This document shows, one piece after another, positions 18,184 through 27,897 of a stretch of 64,000 nucleotides of DNA (the first letter of the stretch is position 1; every line of letters begins with the position of its first letter). Under the pieces are notes generated by a model, which was not told the DNA's origin, ran no database searches, and worked only from the letters and a program-made list of their open reading frames with translations. The DNA is from Candidatus Bathyarchaeota archaeon. GTDB lineage: Archaea > Thermoproteota > Bathyarchaeia > Bathyarchaeales > Bathycorpusculaceae. Both the position numbers and the translations under genes were made by a program. The stretch is taken from contig CAWEPZ010000011.1 of the NCBI GenBank assembly GCA_963811105.1, positions 1,376,001-1,440,000 on the forward strand, in the 5' to 3' direction.

Positions 18184-19864
18184 TTGATAAAACGACTTGG
18201 CGCAACTAAAATTGTTCTCTCTGCAGCTATTCTAGTCTTGATACTAAGCGTAGTTCTTGCTGTTGTTAGTATTTTTCCGCGTATACACGGGTGAAGAACA
18301 ATCGCATATTTTGATTAACGTAACTTTCAATCTAAGCCCAAACGAAACATACCGACAAGGCTTAGGCTCTTTTCATGGCGGAGAAAACATTTCAGTTCTA
18401 GTCCAAAGTCCAAAGGCTTTTGTCAAGAATTTTTCAATCATTACCTATAATGGATCACACTTTAATGTTTCTTCTGAATCTGATGTTGGGTACTTGTTTA
18501 CTGCAGGTGCAGATTATTATGATGCAGTATTTTTCTCTGATTCTTCTAGCCCCGGCATAATTCATTTTCAAGCTTCCGTACAAAAACCAGCAGTTCTCTT
18601 CCCTTATTCATGGCTCACTGAACCAGTAAAAATCATGTTTCTGCTAAGTTTAGTAGCTGTCATGGTTGTGACGTTAAAACTAGTTCTCATTAACTTCTCC
18701 AACTTCAAACCAAAAACGCCTGCTATCCCTTCTTTCGGCAACAGCAGCTGGCGATACGTCGTGGCCTTAATTATCATCTCGCTCGTGATTTGGTTTATCC
18801 TTCTTGCGGTAAGTGTAAGTCCACTTGCAACATTTGAAAATTGGTACACTGATCATGCCAGGCACACTTATACGTCTAGCTTATTCATTAAAGACGGTTT
18901 TTCAGTTTTTAGTCAACCTTTAGGCAAACTAGCAGATTTTGACAATTCAACCTACAAGTTTGTGACATGGCCCGAAATGCCCCATCTATACCCTCTTGGA
19001 AGCATTTTCCTGTTTTTACCTTTTGGCGTTCTCGTCCAGAACGGCTTTGACCCATCTTTGACTTACAAAATTGAGATAGCTCTGTTTTTGGTATTCGCTC
19101 ACATTTGCATTTATTTTTTCCTTAAGAGTTTCTTGAAAAAAGATTTAATGGGGCTTCTGAAAGCCGGAGGCGTTTACATTATCTATGTTTCTTTGGTGAT
19201 ATATGCAGCTGATGGCATGTTTGATTCGGTTGCCTTCGTTTTTTCTCTATTCGCTTTGACCATGTTTTTGACGGAGCGTTATGACTACTTCTTTTTGTTA
19301 GTTGTGCTTTCCATATTTTTCAAATACCAAGCAGGCATTTTCCTTCTACCCCTAATTGTAGTTGGTTTAATCAAGCTTTTCGAGAAAAACAAGTTAAATG
19401 GTTTACTGAGAAATAAAGCAGTGCTAGTTGGCTGTGCATTGGGAGGTACTAGTATTTTTACCGCTTATTTGAGTGCCCCTTACTTGTTGGCGGCTGGACC
19501 CCAACTAATTATGAATGGTATCAACGCTTTTTCATCTAACACGCAAATTGCTTGGCCACTGCAGACTTTTTCCATTTTGTTAACACTTGTGGTGACCCTC
19601 GTTTACGCTCTTTATATGCTTAACAAAAATAGTTTGCTTTCTTTGTCGGCGTTTTTCCTGCTACTGCCAAGCTTTGTGTTGCCTTACTTTCAAAATTGGT
19701 ACTTGCCCTTCGTTTTCATCTATGCTCTGATTCCTCAGCGCAAAAAAGAGTTAGAGGTAACTATAGTATGGTTAATTTTTATGATTTTTGTGCTCTCTTT
19801 TGGTGGAGTTTCATTTAATCCACTGCAAATTTTTGGAGCCTTGAAGACTTTGGTCAATCTTTAG
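18184..19864 (+). CDS. Multi-pass membrane protein, GT-C-like glycosyltransferase candidate; apparent +1 frameshift near 18275
   Basis: About 11 hydrophobic segments with luminal WYTDHARH and HLYPLG motifs; hydrophobic N-terminal segment lies in a different frame (18184-18294) from the main ORF (18257-19864). Confidence 0.6.
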
Positions 19865-19929
19865 GACACAACATAGTTTTATAATTAGTCGGCTAAAGTT
19901 AAATTTAAGAAGAATAATCGTATAACGGG

Positions 19930-21168
19930 GTGTTAAAGAGATTGGAGGCTTCTCGAGACTTTGTTTACCAAAAATTCAGCGAATATTATCGAGATTCTTC
20001 AACCATTATTCCTGAACCAATTTCGCCTGGCCAAAGAGAATTCGCATATTTACTTTTTAAAGAGCGATTTATGGTTAGACATAAAAGGTTTGATGGAATT
20101 AGCAATCTGAAATTAGTACTAAAAGACACTGTTATGTCAGATGTTTATCACTCGTGCGCTTACTATGAAAACCCAGATTTTGACATGGACAAAAAAGGTT
20201 GGTTGGGAGCCGACTTAGTCTTCGACATAGACGCCGACCACATTCCCACATCTTGCGATAAAATCCATGATGAATTCACCTGCGTCAAATGCGGTTTTAG
20301 CGGAAGGGGAATAACTCCCGAAGTTTGTCCAGCGTGTGAAGCGACGAAATTTGAAACCAAAACCTGGCCCTGTGAGCTTTGCATAAAATCTGCCCGTGAC
20401 GAGACTGCCAAACTCATTGATATGCTGGATAATGATTTTGGTTTTTCTTTAGATGAGCTGCATGTGTTTTTTTCTGGGCACCGCGGGTACCACGTCCATG
20501 TCGAAGATGAAGCTGTGCGATCTCTAGATGCGATGGCAAGGAAAGAGATCGTTGATTATATAATTGGGCTTGGAATAAAATTATTTGAAAAAAAGCCAAA
20601 AAAAATAACCGCAAATACCAAGTTTCGATTGCATAATTTTGGATGGAACAGACGTTTGAAAATGGGTATGAAGACATTTCTTTCGAGTGCCAGACGAGAC
20701 GACTTTATAAGAATAGGGTTTAAGGACAAGAAGAAACTAGACCTTATGGTGGAAAAAAAGAATACCCTAATAGATCGGTGTTTCGACGAGGGCTATTGGT
20801 ATGGTTTTTTCGGTGTTGGTGACGGGACATGGCTGAAGATAGCTGAATACATAAAGGACCAGGAGTCCGCTAAGATCGATACGGTTGTAACTACCGATAT
20901 CCACCGTTTAATCAGAATGAACGGCACCTTGCATGGCAAAACAGGCTTGAAAAAAGTTGAGTTTCCAGCGAAGAATCTGGAGGATTTTGATCCATTTTCT
21001 GGAGCAGTAGCTTTTAAAAAGGGTGCGGTGAAAGTGTTGGTCTCTGATGCGCCAGAATTTAAGTTGGGTGGAGAAACATTGGGTCCATATAGAAATGAAA
21101 CAAAAGAGTTGCCTGTTGCTGCAGCAGTTATGCTTATTTGCAAAGGAAGAGCCAAGGTGGCAAACTAG
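19930..21168 (+). CDS. priS: DNA primase small (catalytic) subunit
   Basis: QREF, ADLVFDIDAD, FSGHRGYH, IDTVVTTDIHRLIR, LHGKTGL. Confidence 0.96.
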   Translation: MLKRLEASRDFVYQKFSEYYRDSSTIIPEPISPGQREFAYLLFKERFMVRHKRFDGISNLKLVLKDTVMSDVYHSCAYYENPDFDMDKKGWLGADLVFDIDADHIPTSCDKIHDEFTCVKCGFSGRGITPEVCPACEATKFETKTWPCELCIKSARDETAKLIDMLDNDFGFSLDELHVFFSGHRGYHVHVEDEAVRSLDAMARKEIVDYIIGLGIKLFEKKPKKITANTKFRLHNFGWNRRLKMGMKTFLSSARRDDFIRIGFKDKKKLDLMVEKKNTLIDRCFDEGYWYGFFGVGDGTWLKIAEYIKDQESAKIDTVVTTDIHRLIRMNGTLHGKTGLKKVEFPAKNLEDFDPFSGAVAFKKGAVKVLVSDAPEFKLGGETLGPYRNETKELPVAAAVMLICKGRAKVAN

Positions 21169-21768
21169 ATGTACAATGAACTTTATGTCGCATGGAAAAG
21201 GGAAATTGAAGAATCATCGCTCGGAGGGTTACCGCCAGACTTCTACCACAAAATAGCAGATTACTTGCTTCGCATAAACGAAGATAATAAGGCACTTGAT
21301 AAAAAATCTGTCAAAGTAAACCTTCTAGACCGTGAAGCAAAAAACGTTATGCGAATGCTTGAGGAACTGCTTAGAGCAAGATACAAGAAAATAGTTAAAA
21401 CCATCACTCAAAGCCAAAAAGTTCCGTCTGAATTATTAACGGTCGAAGAAGCCAAGATGAGTGAAAGCTTTGTTGCTTTCGCGGATGCTTACCAAAGATT
21501 CACTAAAGAACTTATGGACGGCCAAATTCAAGTTCAAAGTTTAGCCGCCCCCGGGCAGGTTCAGGCAACCCCAATAATCGTTAAGGTGGTAACTGAACCA
21601 GGTCATAAACGAGTTGCTGTAAGATTTGTAAAGGCTATTCCGGCGATAATCGGCGCAGATATGAAGACTTATGGACCGTTTAAGGTTGAGGATTTAGCTT
21701 CTTTGCCTGCTGACAACGCCAAAATGCTTGTTAGACAAGGCTTAGCGGTGCAGGTTGAGGTTTCGTAG
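21169..21768 (+). CDS. GINS complex subunit Gins15 (Gins51)
   Basis: LPPDFY, R..KI A-domain, C-terminal B-domain GADMKTYGPFKVED; follows priS. Confidence 0.88.
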   Translation: MYNELYVAWKREIEESSLGGLPPDFYHKIADYLLRINEDNKALDKKSVKVNLLDREAKNVMRMLEELLRARYKKIVKTITQSQKVPSELLTVEEAKMSESFVAFADAYQRFTKELMDGQIQVQSLAAPGQVQATPIIVKVVTEPGHKRVAVRFVKAIPAIIGADMKTYGPFKVEDLASLPADNAKMLVRQGLAVQVEVS

Positions 21769-22795
21769 GTTCTGTAGAAGCTAATTTTTGTGTTTTGAAT
21801 TTGCGCCATAGTGCGTGGCTTAGCATAATAATCAGCGGGTAAGATACTATCCATGCGATCGAGTAGAGAGGTCCATAATAAAAGTGGAACATTTGAACTT
21901 GGTTTGAAGTCTCACCGAATTGCAGACCGATTGTGAAGATGGTGTCTATTCTCAAGATGTTTATGAAGTAGGTGATGGCTGCGCCAATAGCGAAATATCC
22001 GATTTTTGCTCTCCAAGACATAGGCATTCGCTGCAAAAACAACAATGCAACTGCCATAAAGATTAGAAGGCTTTCAATGCCCGCGCAAGGCCATGCTATT
22101 GCAAACTTTGCGGTGCCCAGTGAGCTTGACACTTGCAAGGTTGGCATTCCGTTCTCTTTCCCAAGCAAAGTTCCATATCCCATTAAGCTCAACGTTTTGG
22201 CAGCCAGCATAGCAGTTGTAGGAACCAAAAGTTGGAAAGGAGTAAATTCACCATAGGGAAAAACATTGTCAATAGTGTATAAAACTCCAATTAGTCCAAC
22301 GAAGAGGGCGGGTAAAGCAAAACCTTTCAAACCCTTTTTCCCAAAATACAAGAAAGCAATTAAGCAAAAGAGAGCTGAGAAAACAATGTATTCGATTGCC
22401 AGCGGCATAGAACCATAAAAGCTGATTCCACTTTGCGCTGCCCAGTTTGCTATAGCACCGTTTAACCCAAAATAATTCTCCGATACTACGTACACTGTAG
22501 GAAGCACTGAGGCTATGGCAACCGCACAGAGGCTGACAGTTTTTTGATTGCTTATTTTTGCCCTGATTGTTTCCCAACTGAGAATAAACTCCAGGGCAAT
22601 TAACCAAATGAAAAATAACTGAAAAGTTCTGCCCTTCCACATCAACTGAAAAGAATCCTGGGCAGTTAAGCTAAGATATGGGTCCCACGGGTTCAGCAAA
22701 TAGAGCAACGCTAATGGAATAACGAAAGCAAACAGCGGCATTAGCTTAACTATTAATTCAAGGTGCCACTTGTTTTTTGGAACAACGTTTAACAT
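21731..22795 (-). CDS. Exosortase/archaeosortase family protein (thaumarchaeosortase-like)
   Basis: Multi-TM with catalytic-triad motifs WPCAGIES, NILRI, FHFYYG; WKGRTF. Confidence 0.85.
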   Translation of the reverse strand: MLNVVPKNKWHLELIVKLMPLFAFVIPLALLYLLNPWDPYLSLTAQDSFQLMWKGRTFQLFFIWLIALEFILSWETIRAKISNQKTVSLCAVAIASVLPTVYVVSENYFGLNGAIANWAAQSGISFYGSMPLAIEYIVFSALFCLIAFLYFGKKGLKGFALPALFVGLIGVLYTIDNVFPYGEFTPFQLLVPTTAMLAAKTLSLMGYGTLLGKENGMPTLQVSSSLGTAKFAIAWPCAGIESLLIFMAVALLFLQRMPMSWRAKIGYFAIGAAITYFINILRIDTIFTIGLQFGETSNQVQMFHFYYGPLYSIAWIVSYPLIIMLSHALWRKFKTQKLASTEPTKPQPAPLSLV

Positions 22796-23000
22796 GACTG
22801 CTTCATACCCGAGATTAATCATAATGAACTCGTGCTCAATCTAAAAAAGAATATGCACCAACGCCAACAATTGCCCAAAAAACACCTTGACCAACAATTA
22901 AAACTAAAGAGCCCTACCCCAATTGCCAGAAAACTCATTTTTGTGACGGATAGGTAAAAAAGTATAAGAATGCGGATGTTTCTCTAATGCAAAGCTGGTA

Positions 23001-23285
23001 GTGAATTACGTGAACGTTCCTAAAGAAGTTAAAACTTACTGCCCAAAATGCAAAGCTCATCAAATTCACAGTGTAACCCTCTACAAGCCTGGAAAGCGAA
23101 GAGCCTCAGCTCACGGTGAACGTCACCACGCGAGAGAAAAGTTGGGTTACGGTGGACAAAAATATCCTCTTCAAAGAGAATTCGCTAAAACAACCAAAAA
23201 ACAGACCCTGCGCCTGAAATGCAAAGTTTGCAATTTCATGAGGCACAAGGATGGAATTCGACTAAGAAAATTAGTTATACAGTAA
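23001..23285 (+). CDS. rpl44e: 50S ribosomal protein L44e
   Basis: TYCPKC, GYGGQKYP, KTTKK, CKVC. Confidence 0.97.
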   Translation: MNYVNVPKEVKTYCPKCKAHQIHSVTLYKPGKRRASAHGERHHAREKLGYGGQKYPLQREFAKTTKKQTLRLKCKVCNFMRHKDGIRLRKLVIQ

Positions 23286-23304
23286 ATTAATGGAGAAAAA
23301 AATT

Positions 23305-23502
23305 ATGTCTGAATGGAGTAAACTTATCCCAAAACCAAGCAGCGTTTTCCTCAGAGTTAAGTGTTCAAAATGCGGAAACGAACAATTAGTCTACAGCAAC
23401 GCCGTTAACAAGATAACCTGCAACGTATGCGGAGACATATTGGCTGAGCCATCTGGCGGAAGAGCAAAAATCAAAGGCGAAGTACAAGCAGTTCTTGAAT
23501 AA
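23305..23502 (+). CDS. rps27e: 30S ribosomal protein S27e
   Basis: FLRVKCSKCGNEQ, CNVCG, PSGGRA. Confidence 0.97.
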   Translation: MSEWSKLIPKPSSVFLRVKCSKCGNEQLVYSNAVNKITCNVCGDILAEPSGGRAKIKGEVQAVLE

Positions 23503-23516
23503 GGGATGACACTAAA

Positions 23517-23657
23517 ATGGCTGAGCGTAAGCCCGAATCTGGCGACATGTCAATCGCCACGGGTTATAGCGCTTACGCGAAACCTGATCAATACTATAAA
23601 CACAATCTATTTTATTTTTCTGACAAAATAATTGGCGCTTTTAGAGGGGGAAAATAA
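23517..23657 (+). pseudogene. eif2a: Remnant of translation initiation factor aIF2 alpha (46 codons, large internal deletion)
   Basis: Hand translation MAERKPESGDMSIATGYSAYAKPDQYYKHNLFYFSDKIIGAFRGGK resembles the aIF2alpha S1 start (PE.GD.VIAT..YGAY..LD.Y) and a C-terminal-like tail; occupies the conserved rps27e-aIF2alpha-nop10 slot. Confidence 0.8.
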
Positions 23658-23825
23658 TTGGTTTGGCAATTACGCAAATGCGTAAACTGTGAAAAATATA
23701 CGTTAAACAAAACTAGTTGTCCTTACTGCGGTGGCCCTGTCAGGACTCCGCATCCACCTAAGTTTTCCCCAGATGATAAATATCTAAAGTACCGAATGGC
23801 AATGAAGAGGAGCAATACCGAATGA
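23658..23825 (+). CDS. nop10: H/ACA RNP protein Nop10 (not in ORF track)
   Basis: TTG start; MVWQLRKCVNCEKYTLNKTSCPYCGGPVRTPHPPKFSPDDKYLKYR. Confidence 0.95.
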   Translation: MVWQLRKCVNCEKYTLNKTSCPYCGGPVRTPHPPKFSPDDKYLKYRMAMKRSNTE

Positions 23826-24592
23826 AAGAAACCTACATTAAACAATTTATGGAAATCGAACCAAACAACCCCGTTCTTATTGAAGGTCTTCCAGGTTTAG
23901 GACTTGTAGGTAAAATCGCCCTTCGCTACTTAATTAAACAGTTAAAAGCCAAAAAAGTTGCCTATCTTTACTCTCCTCACTTTCCATACTTTGTATTAGT
24001 TAACAAAAAAGGAAACGTTCGCCTGTTAAGAGGGGCGTTCTACTACTACAAAAACCCAAACGGAAACGACTTGATTCTATTTACTGGTGACAGCCAATCC
24101 CAAACAATCGAAGGACAATACGAAATCGCCGATCAAATACTTGCATTCTCAGAAAAACACAAAGTAAAAACCATTGCGACAATAGGTGGTTATCGCATGG
24201 AACCCAATGAAAAACCCAAAGTTTTCATCGCCGCAACTTCACAAGAAATCCTTGACAAAGCAATACAAGCTGGCGCAACTCTTAGCACCTCAGGAAGCCC
24301 CATTGTTGGAACAGCAGGACTAATACTTGGACTAGCAAAATTCAAAAAAATAAACGCTCTGTGTCTGCTGGGAGAAACACGCGGTTATCTGCCTGATCCT
24401 CTTGCTGCAAAAAGCGTGCTGGAAGTTTTAAAGTCAACCTTCAACTTTGACTTGGACCTCACAGGATTGAATGAGGAGATAGCTCGAGCGGAAACAATGG
24501 TAACTAAGCTGCAGCAAATTGAAGAAAAACGAGCAGTACAAGCAGAAGAAACACGAAAAGAAGAGGATAAAAAAACTACTTACATATCCTAA
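23822..24592 (+). CDS. PAC2-family proteasome assembly chaperone
   Basis: EGLPGLGLVGKI, GDSQ, GGY, GETRGYLPDP; nop10-PAC2 synteny. Confidence 0.92.
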   Translation: MKETYIKQFMEIEPNNPVLIEGLPGLGLVGKIALRYLIKQLKAKKVAYLYSPHFPYFVLVNKKGNVRLLRGAFYYYKNPNGNDLILFTGDSQSQTIEGQYEIADQILAFSEKHKVKTIATIGGYRMEPNEKPKVFIAATSQEILDKAIQAGATLSTSGSPIVGTAGLILGLAKFKKINALCLLGETRGYLPDPLAAKSVLEVLKSTFNFDLDLTGLNEEIARAETMVTKLQQIEEKRAVQAEETRKEEDKKTTYIS

Positions 24593-25157
24593 GTAAAGTT
24601 TTTCTTTAATATGTCAACAGTTTTCTGGCTTGCTGTCCCATCGCCGGACGGTGAAGAATGAGGCAACTCAACTTCATTTTTAACTGCTTCTTTCATAGTC
24701 GCCAAAATGTTTTTCTTGTCTGTTCCAACGACTTTAGCAAGTCCTGCTTATGCTGCTTCAGGTCGCTCTGTTGACAAACGCATTACCCATAGGGGTTTTC
24801 TTATGCCAGGAGCGGTCCCTTCTTCCTGAATGTCGCCTGAATCAGTAATTGTCAACGTGCATTTACTCATGAGAACCAGAAAATCCAAGTTTCCCAATGG
24901 CGGAAGAATCAACACGTTCCTTAGTGTTTGCATCTTGGCAAGCATATTATTTTCTTGAAGTCTCTTTTCTGTGCGAGGATGCATTGGGTGTTGGCAACTC
25001 AAGTTCTTCGATGAATTTCTGTGCCATGTTGTAATCGTTATGTTGACCGCAATGGACAAATCTGAATGGCATTTTGGTTTTGTATAAGGGCTCTAATTAT
25101 TGGAGCCATCTTTATTATTTCAGGTCTAGTTCCCGCAACAACTACTACTGACTTCAT
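24589..25157 (-). pseudogene. wecB: UDP-N-acetylglucosamine 2-epimerase pseudogene
   Basis: MKSVVVVAGTRPEIIKMAP; frameshift; HCGQH; large deletion to PMHPRT; TDSGDIQEE; TERPEAA followed by in-frame TAA at 24748-24750; GDGTASQK. Confidence 0.9.
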
Positions 25158-25176
25158 ATGGTTTGTCTTGTTTTGT

Positions 25177-27210
25177 TTAGGTTTTCTTTAGGCATCCTTC
25201 TCTGGGTTCGTAAATTGTGCCTTCACGTAGCAATTGGCTTATCATACGTTCAACTTCAGCTCTAGGAATCTTTGCTTTGGTTTCCAACTCGTTGACAAGA
25301 GCATCTTTCTCCACTATGCCAGTCACTTTCTCCATATTCATCAGCGTTGATAGCACAATTGACAGTCTGTCTCGCAGAGTTTTGGGTCTTCCAGTCATGA
25401 TTAAGTCAATATCAACCTTATAATTCGACAAGTCAATTCCCACCTCTTCCAACGACCGCTTCATTATAGCTATGGCTGCACCTGCATCTTCACCTGTAAC
25501 CTCCTTGCGCAAAGCCACACGCGCTCGAGCTTCCGATATGCGAACCAGAGATTCAAGTTGGCGGGCTGTTATTGCAACCGGTGAGCCTTCAGTTTCGCTT
25601 GCCGAACGCATGGCTAAATAGAAATCGCTTAGAGCCTTTAATGCTTCATTGCCAAGCACCGGTTTAATGCCTTTAGCATAGCTAACGTATTTCCGCAGTA
25701 GCTCTGCATCTACCTGCGCTTCTATGGGGCTTGATCCCCTACGATGGATTTCCAAGATATGCTGAGTCATCTTATAATCTGCATCTTTGTTGGGTACATC
25801 TCGCAGGACGAAGATTAGGTCAAAACGGGAAAGGATAGTAACTGGTAATGGGACGTTTTCGGCGACGGTTCTGTTTGGTTCATATCTACCTAAGGTTGGG
25901 TTGGCTGCTGCAAGCACCGCAGTTCTAGCGTTCAGAGTGGCGACAATTCCACCTTTTGCGACCGAGACTGTGTGCTGCTCCATAGCTTCGTGAATGGCGA
26001 CTCGGTCCTCCGGTCGCATCTTGTCCATTTCGTCAATGCATGCGATTCCTTTGTCCGCCAGCACGAGTGCGCCTGCTTCAAGGCTCATGCTTCCACCTTT
26101 CTCTCTTACCACTGCAGCAGTTAAGCCTGCAGCGGTTGTTCCTCTACCCGAAGTATAGAGTCCTCTTGGAGCAATTCGTGCAACGTACTGAAGCAGTTGT
26201 GATTTGGCTGTACCAGGATCACCAATTAGTAAGGCATTCATTTCTCCTCTGACGTTTACGTCTGGGAGGCTTTTTGAGACTCCGCCGAAGAGCAGGTACA
26301 TTATTGCTTCCTTAATGTGTTCATAGCCAAAGATTGAGGGTGCAATAGAACTCATGATTTTTTTGTGTACCCATGGGTCTTGTGAGAGGGCATGAATTTT
26401 TGCTTCCTCTTCAGGCGTAGCCGGCGACGTTTCTGGTTCTTTGCCTAACACCTCTACAGAGTTAGCATCTAGTTGCAGAATGAATGTTCGGAGTTTTCCC
26501 ATACCCATCAGGGAAGGCGCAAAAGCTCGAACGATTCCAACTATGCTTATATGGTCGCCGGGTCTAGCGACATCAACTATATCGTCACCGACAAGTTTCA
26601 CGGCTAATGTTCGCGGTAATTGCCCTGGCGGTAAATCCTCAGGTTTTTCCTGTAGGCGAAGATCCTGAGAATCTATAAAACTGGATTCTTCTTGAGCGAA
26701 CTCAAATGGTCCGTCTCTGCCACAGTCAGGGGCTTGGCAAATGGCTGGCGCTTTTAGGAATTGCCCGGTTTGTTCGACCATGTTCATAGTTCCACATCGT
26801 TTGCATTTGAATGCTCCCTGCAAAACCATTGGGCGGACTGGTGTGGCTCTAACTATTATGCCTTCAACCATGATAAGCTTAGCCATTTGTTTTGAGCCTA
26901 ATTTTCTAAGCTGCTCTTTCCCCAGAAGCTGCACGATTCTGACGTTGATTTTTTCTATTTTTTCTGCGTATTCAGCGTCTTCAATTCGGAGTTGTTCGTA
27001 AGCTCCTTTTCCTGCATGCTGCAGGTATTCTTCTGGTTTGTTTAATAGTAACTCGGCAAGTTCTTGGTCAAAACCATAAAGCTCTTCAAAATCTATTACT
27101 ATCGAGTTCTTTCCTGAGATGGCTAACTGCGCGATTCTCTGACGATATTTTTCTTTCTTAAAGAACTCTTGAAAAAGTTGCTGCGGATCAACAGTTACTT
27201 CACTAGCCAT
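25177..27210 (-). CDS. mcm: Replicative helicase MCM
   Basis: Zn finger, GDPGTAKSQ Walker A, IDEMDK, SRFDL; no intein. Confidence 0.98.
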   Translation of the reverse strand: MASEVTVDPQQLFQEFFKKEKYRQRIAQLAISGKNSIVIDFEELYGFDQELAELLLNKPEEYLQHAGKGAYEQLRIEDAEYAEKIEKINVRIVQLLGKEQLRKLGSKQMAKLIMVEGIIVRATPVRPMVLQGAFKCKRCGTMNMVEQTGQFLKAPAICQAPDCGRDGPFEFAQEESSFIDSQDLRLQEKPEDLPPGQLPRTLAVKLVGDDIVDVARPGDHISIVGIVRAFAPSLMGMGKLRTFILQLDANSVEVLGKEPETSPATPEEEAKIHALSQDPWVHKKIMSSIAPSIFGYEHIKEAIMYLLFGGVSKSLPDVNVRGEMNALLIGDPGTAKSQLLQYVARIAPRGLYTSGRGTTAAGLTAAVVREKGGSMSLEAGALVLADKGIACIDEMDKMRPEDRVAIHEAMEQHTVSVAKGGIVATLNARTAVLAAANPTLGRYEPNRTVAENVPLPVTILSRFDLIFVLRDVPNKDADYKMTQHILEIHRRGSSPIEAQVDAELLRKYVSYAKGIKPVLGNEALKALSDFYLAMRSASETEGSPVAITARQLESLVRISEARARVALRKEVTGEDAGAAIAIMKRSLEEVGIDLSNYKVDIDLIMTGRPKTLRDRLSIVLSTLMNMEKVTGIVEKDALVNELETKAKIPRAEVERMISQLLREGTIYEPREGCLKKT

Positions 27211-27211
27211 C

Positions 27212-27766
27212 TTACTTTTCTCCTTCATTTTCTAAAATATTTGTTTTCCATTGAGAGATTAGTTTTACCAGTTGACCGTAGAGAATTTTTTCTTCGTTTG
27301 AGAGTTTTTTTGTGACTTGCTCACTTTGGCTGGGTGCCGTTGAAAGGGAGACTATTTTTTTGAGCCTTGAATTGACAATGTCTTTGGCCAAATGCTTGGT
27401 TTTTTCGTATTCATTTATTCGCTCAGGTTGTCTTGAAATTTCTTCTTTTAAGGTGGCAAGGTAACGTCTAAGTTTAGGATAAAAATCATCCGGTAACTCA
27501 GAAATCTGTCCGGGAATTTGCACGCCCTCTTTCCACTGCACCTTGAAAAGTCTCGTGGCATCCAAAATGTCGTCTTCGCGGAAATGAACCATTCCAGAAC
27601 TCGCGAGCTCTTTTGCAACCCAAAAATAAGCTTCATATTCGTTTCCCTCATCAAAAGGACCGACTGTTAAACCGGAAAGCTTGATTTCTGGGCAGTTTTT
27701 GTTAGCAACAATCTTAACCAGCGAATTCTCGTAAGAGAAATCTAACGTGCTAATTTTGGTTGCCAA
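27212..27766 (-). CDS. GINS complex subunit Gins23
   Basis: GPFDEG, LPDDFY, RLKKIV, LSNEE; gins23-mcm synteny. Confidence 0.88.
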   Translation of the reverse strand: MATKISTLDFSYENSLVKIVANKNCPEIKLSGLTVGPFDEGNEYEAYFWVAKELASSGMVHFREDDILDATRLFKVQWKEGVQIPGQISELPDDFYPKLRRYLATLKEEISRQPERINEYEKTKHLAKDIVNSRLKKIVSLSTAPSQSEQVTKKLSNEEKILYGQLVKLISQWKTNILENEGEK

Positions 27767-27897
27767 TTCTCTTTTTCCCTCTCAAGTCCTTTTGCTTTTC
27801 CTTTTGTGGGGTTCAACAGATAAGGCGATTACCGTTTTAAGGGTTTGCACTAGAAAAAAATGCAAAATATAACTGAGACTTAGCAAAGTTTATGTGT

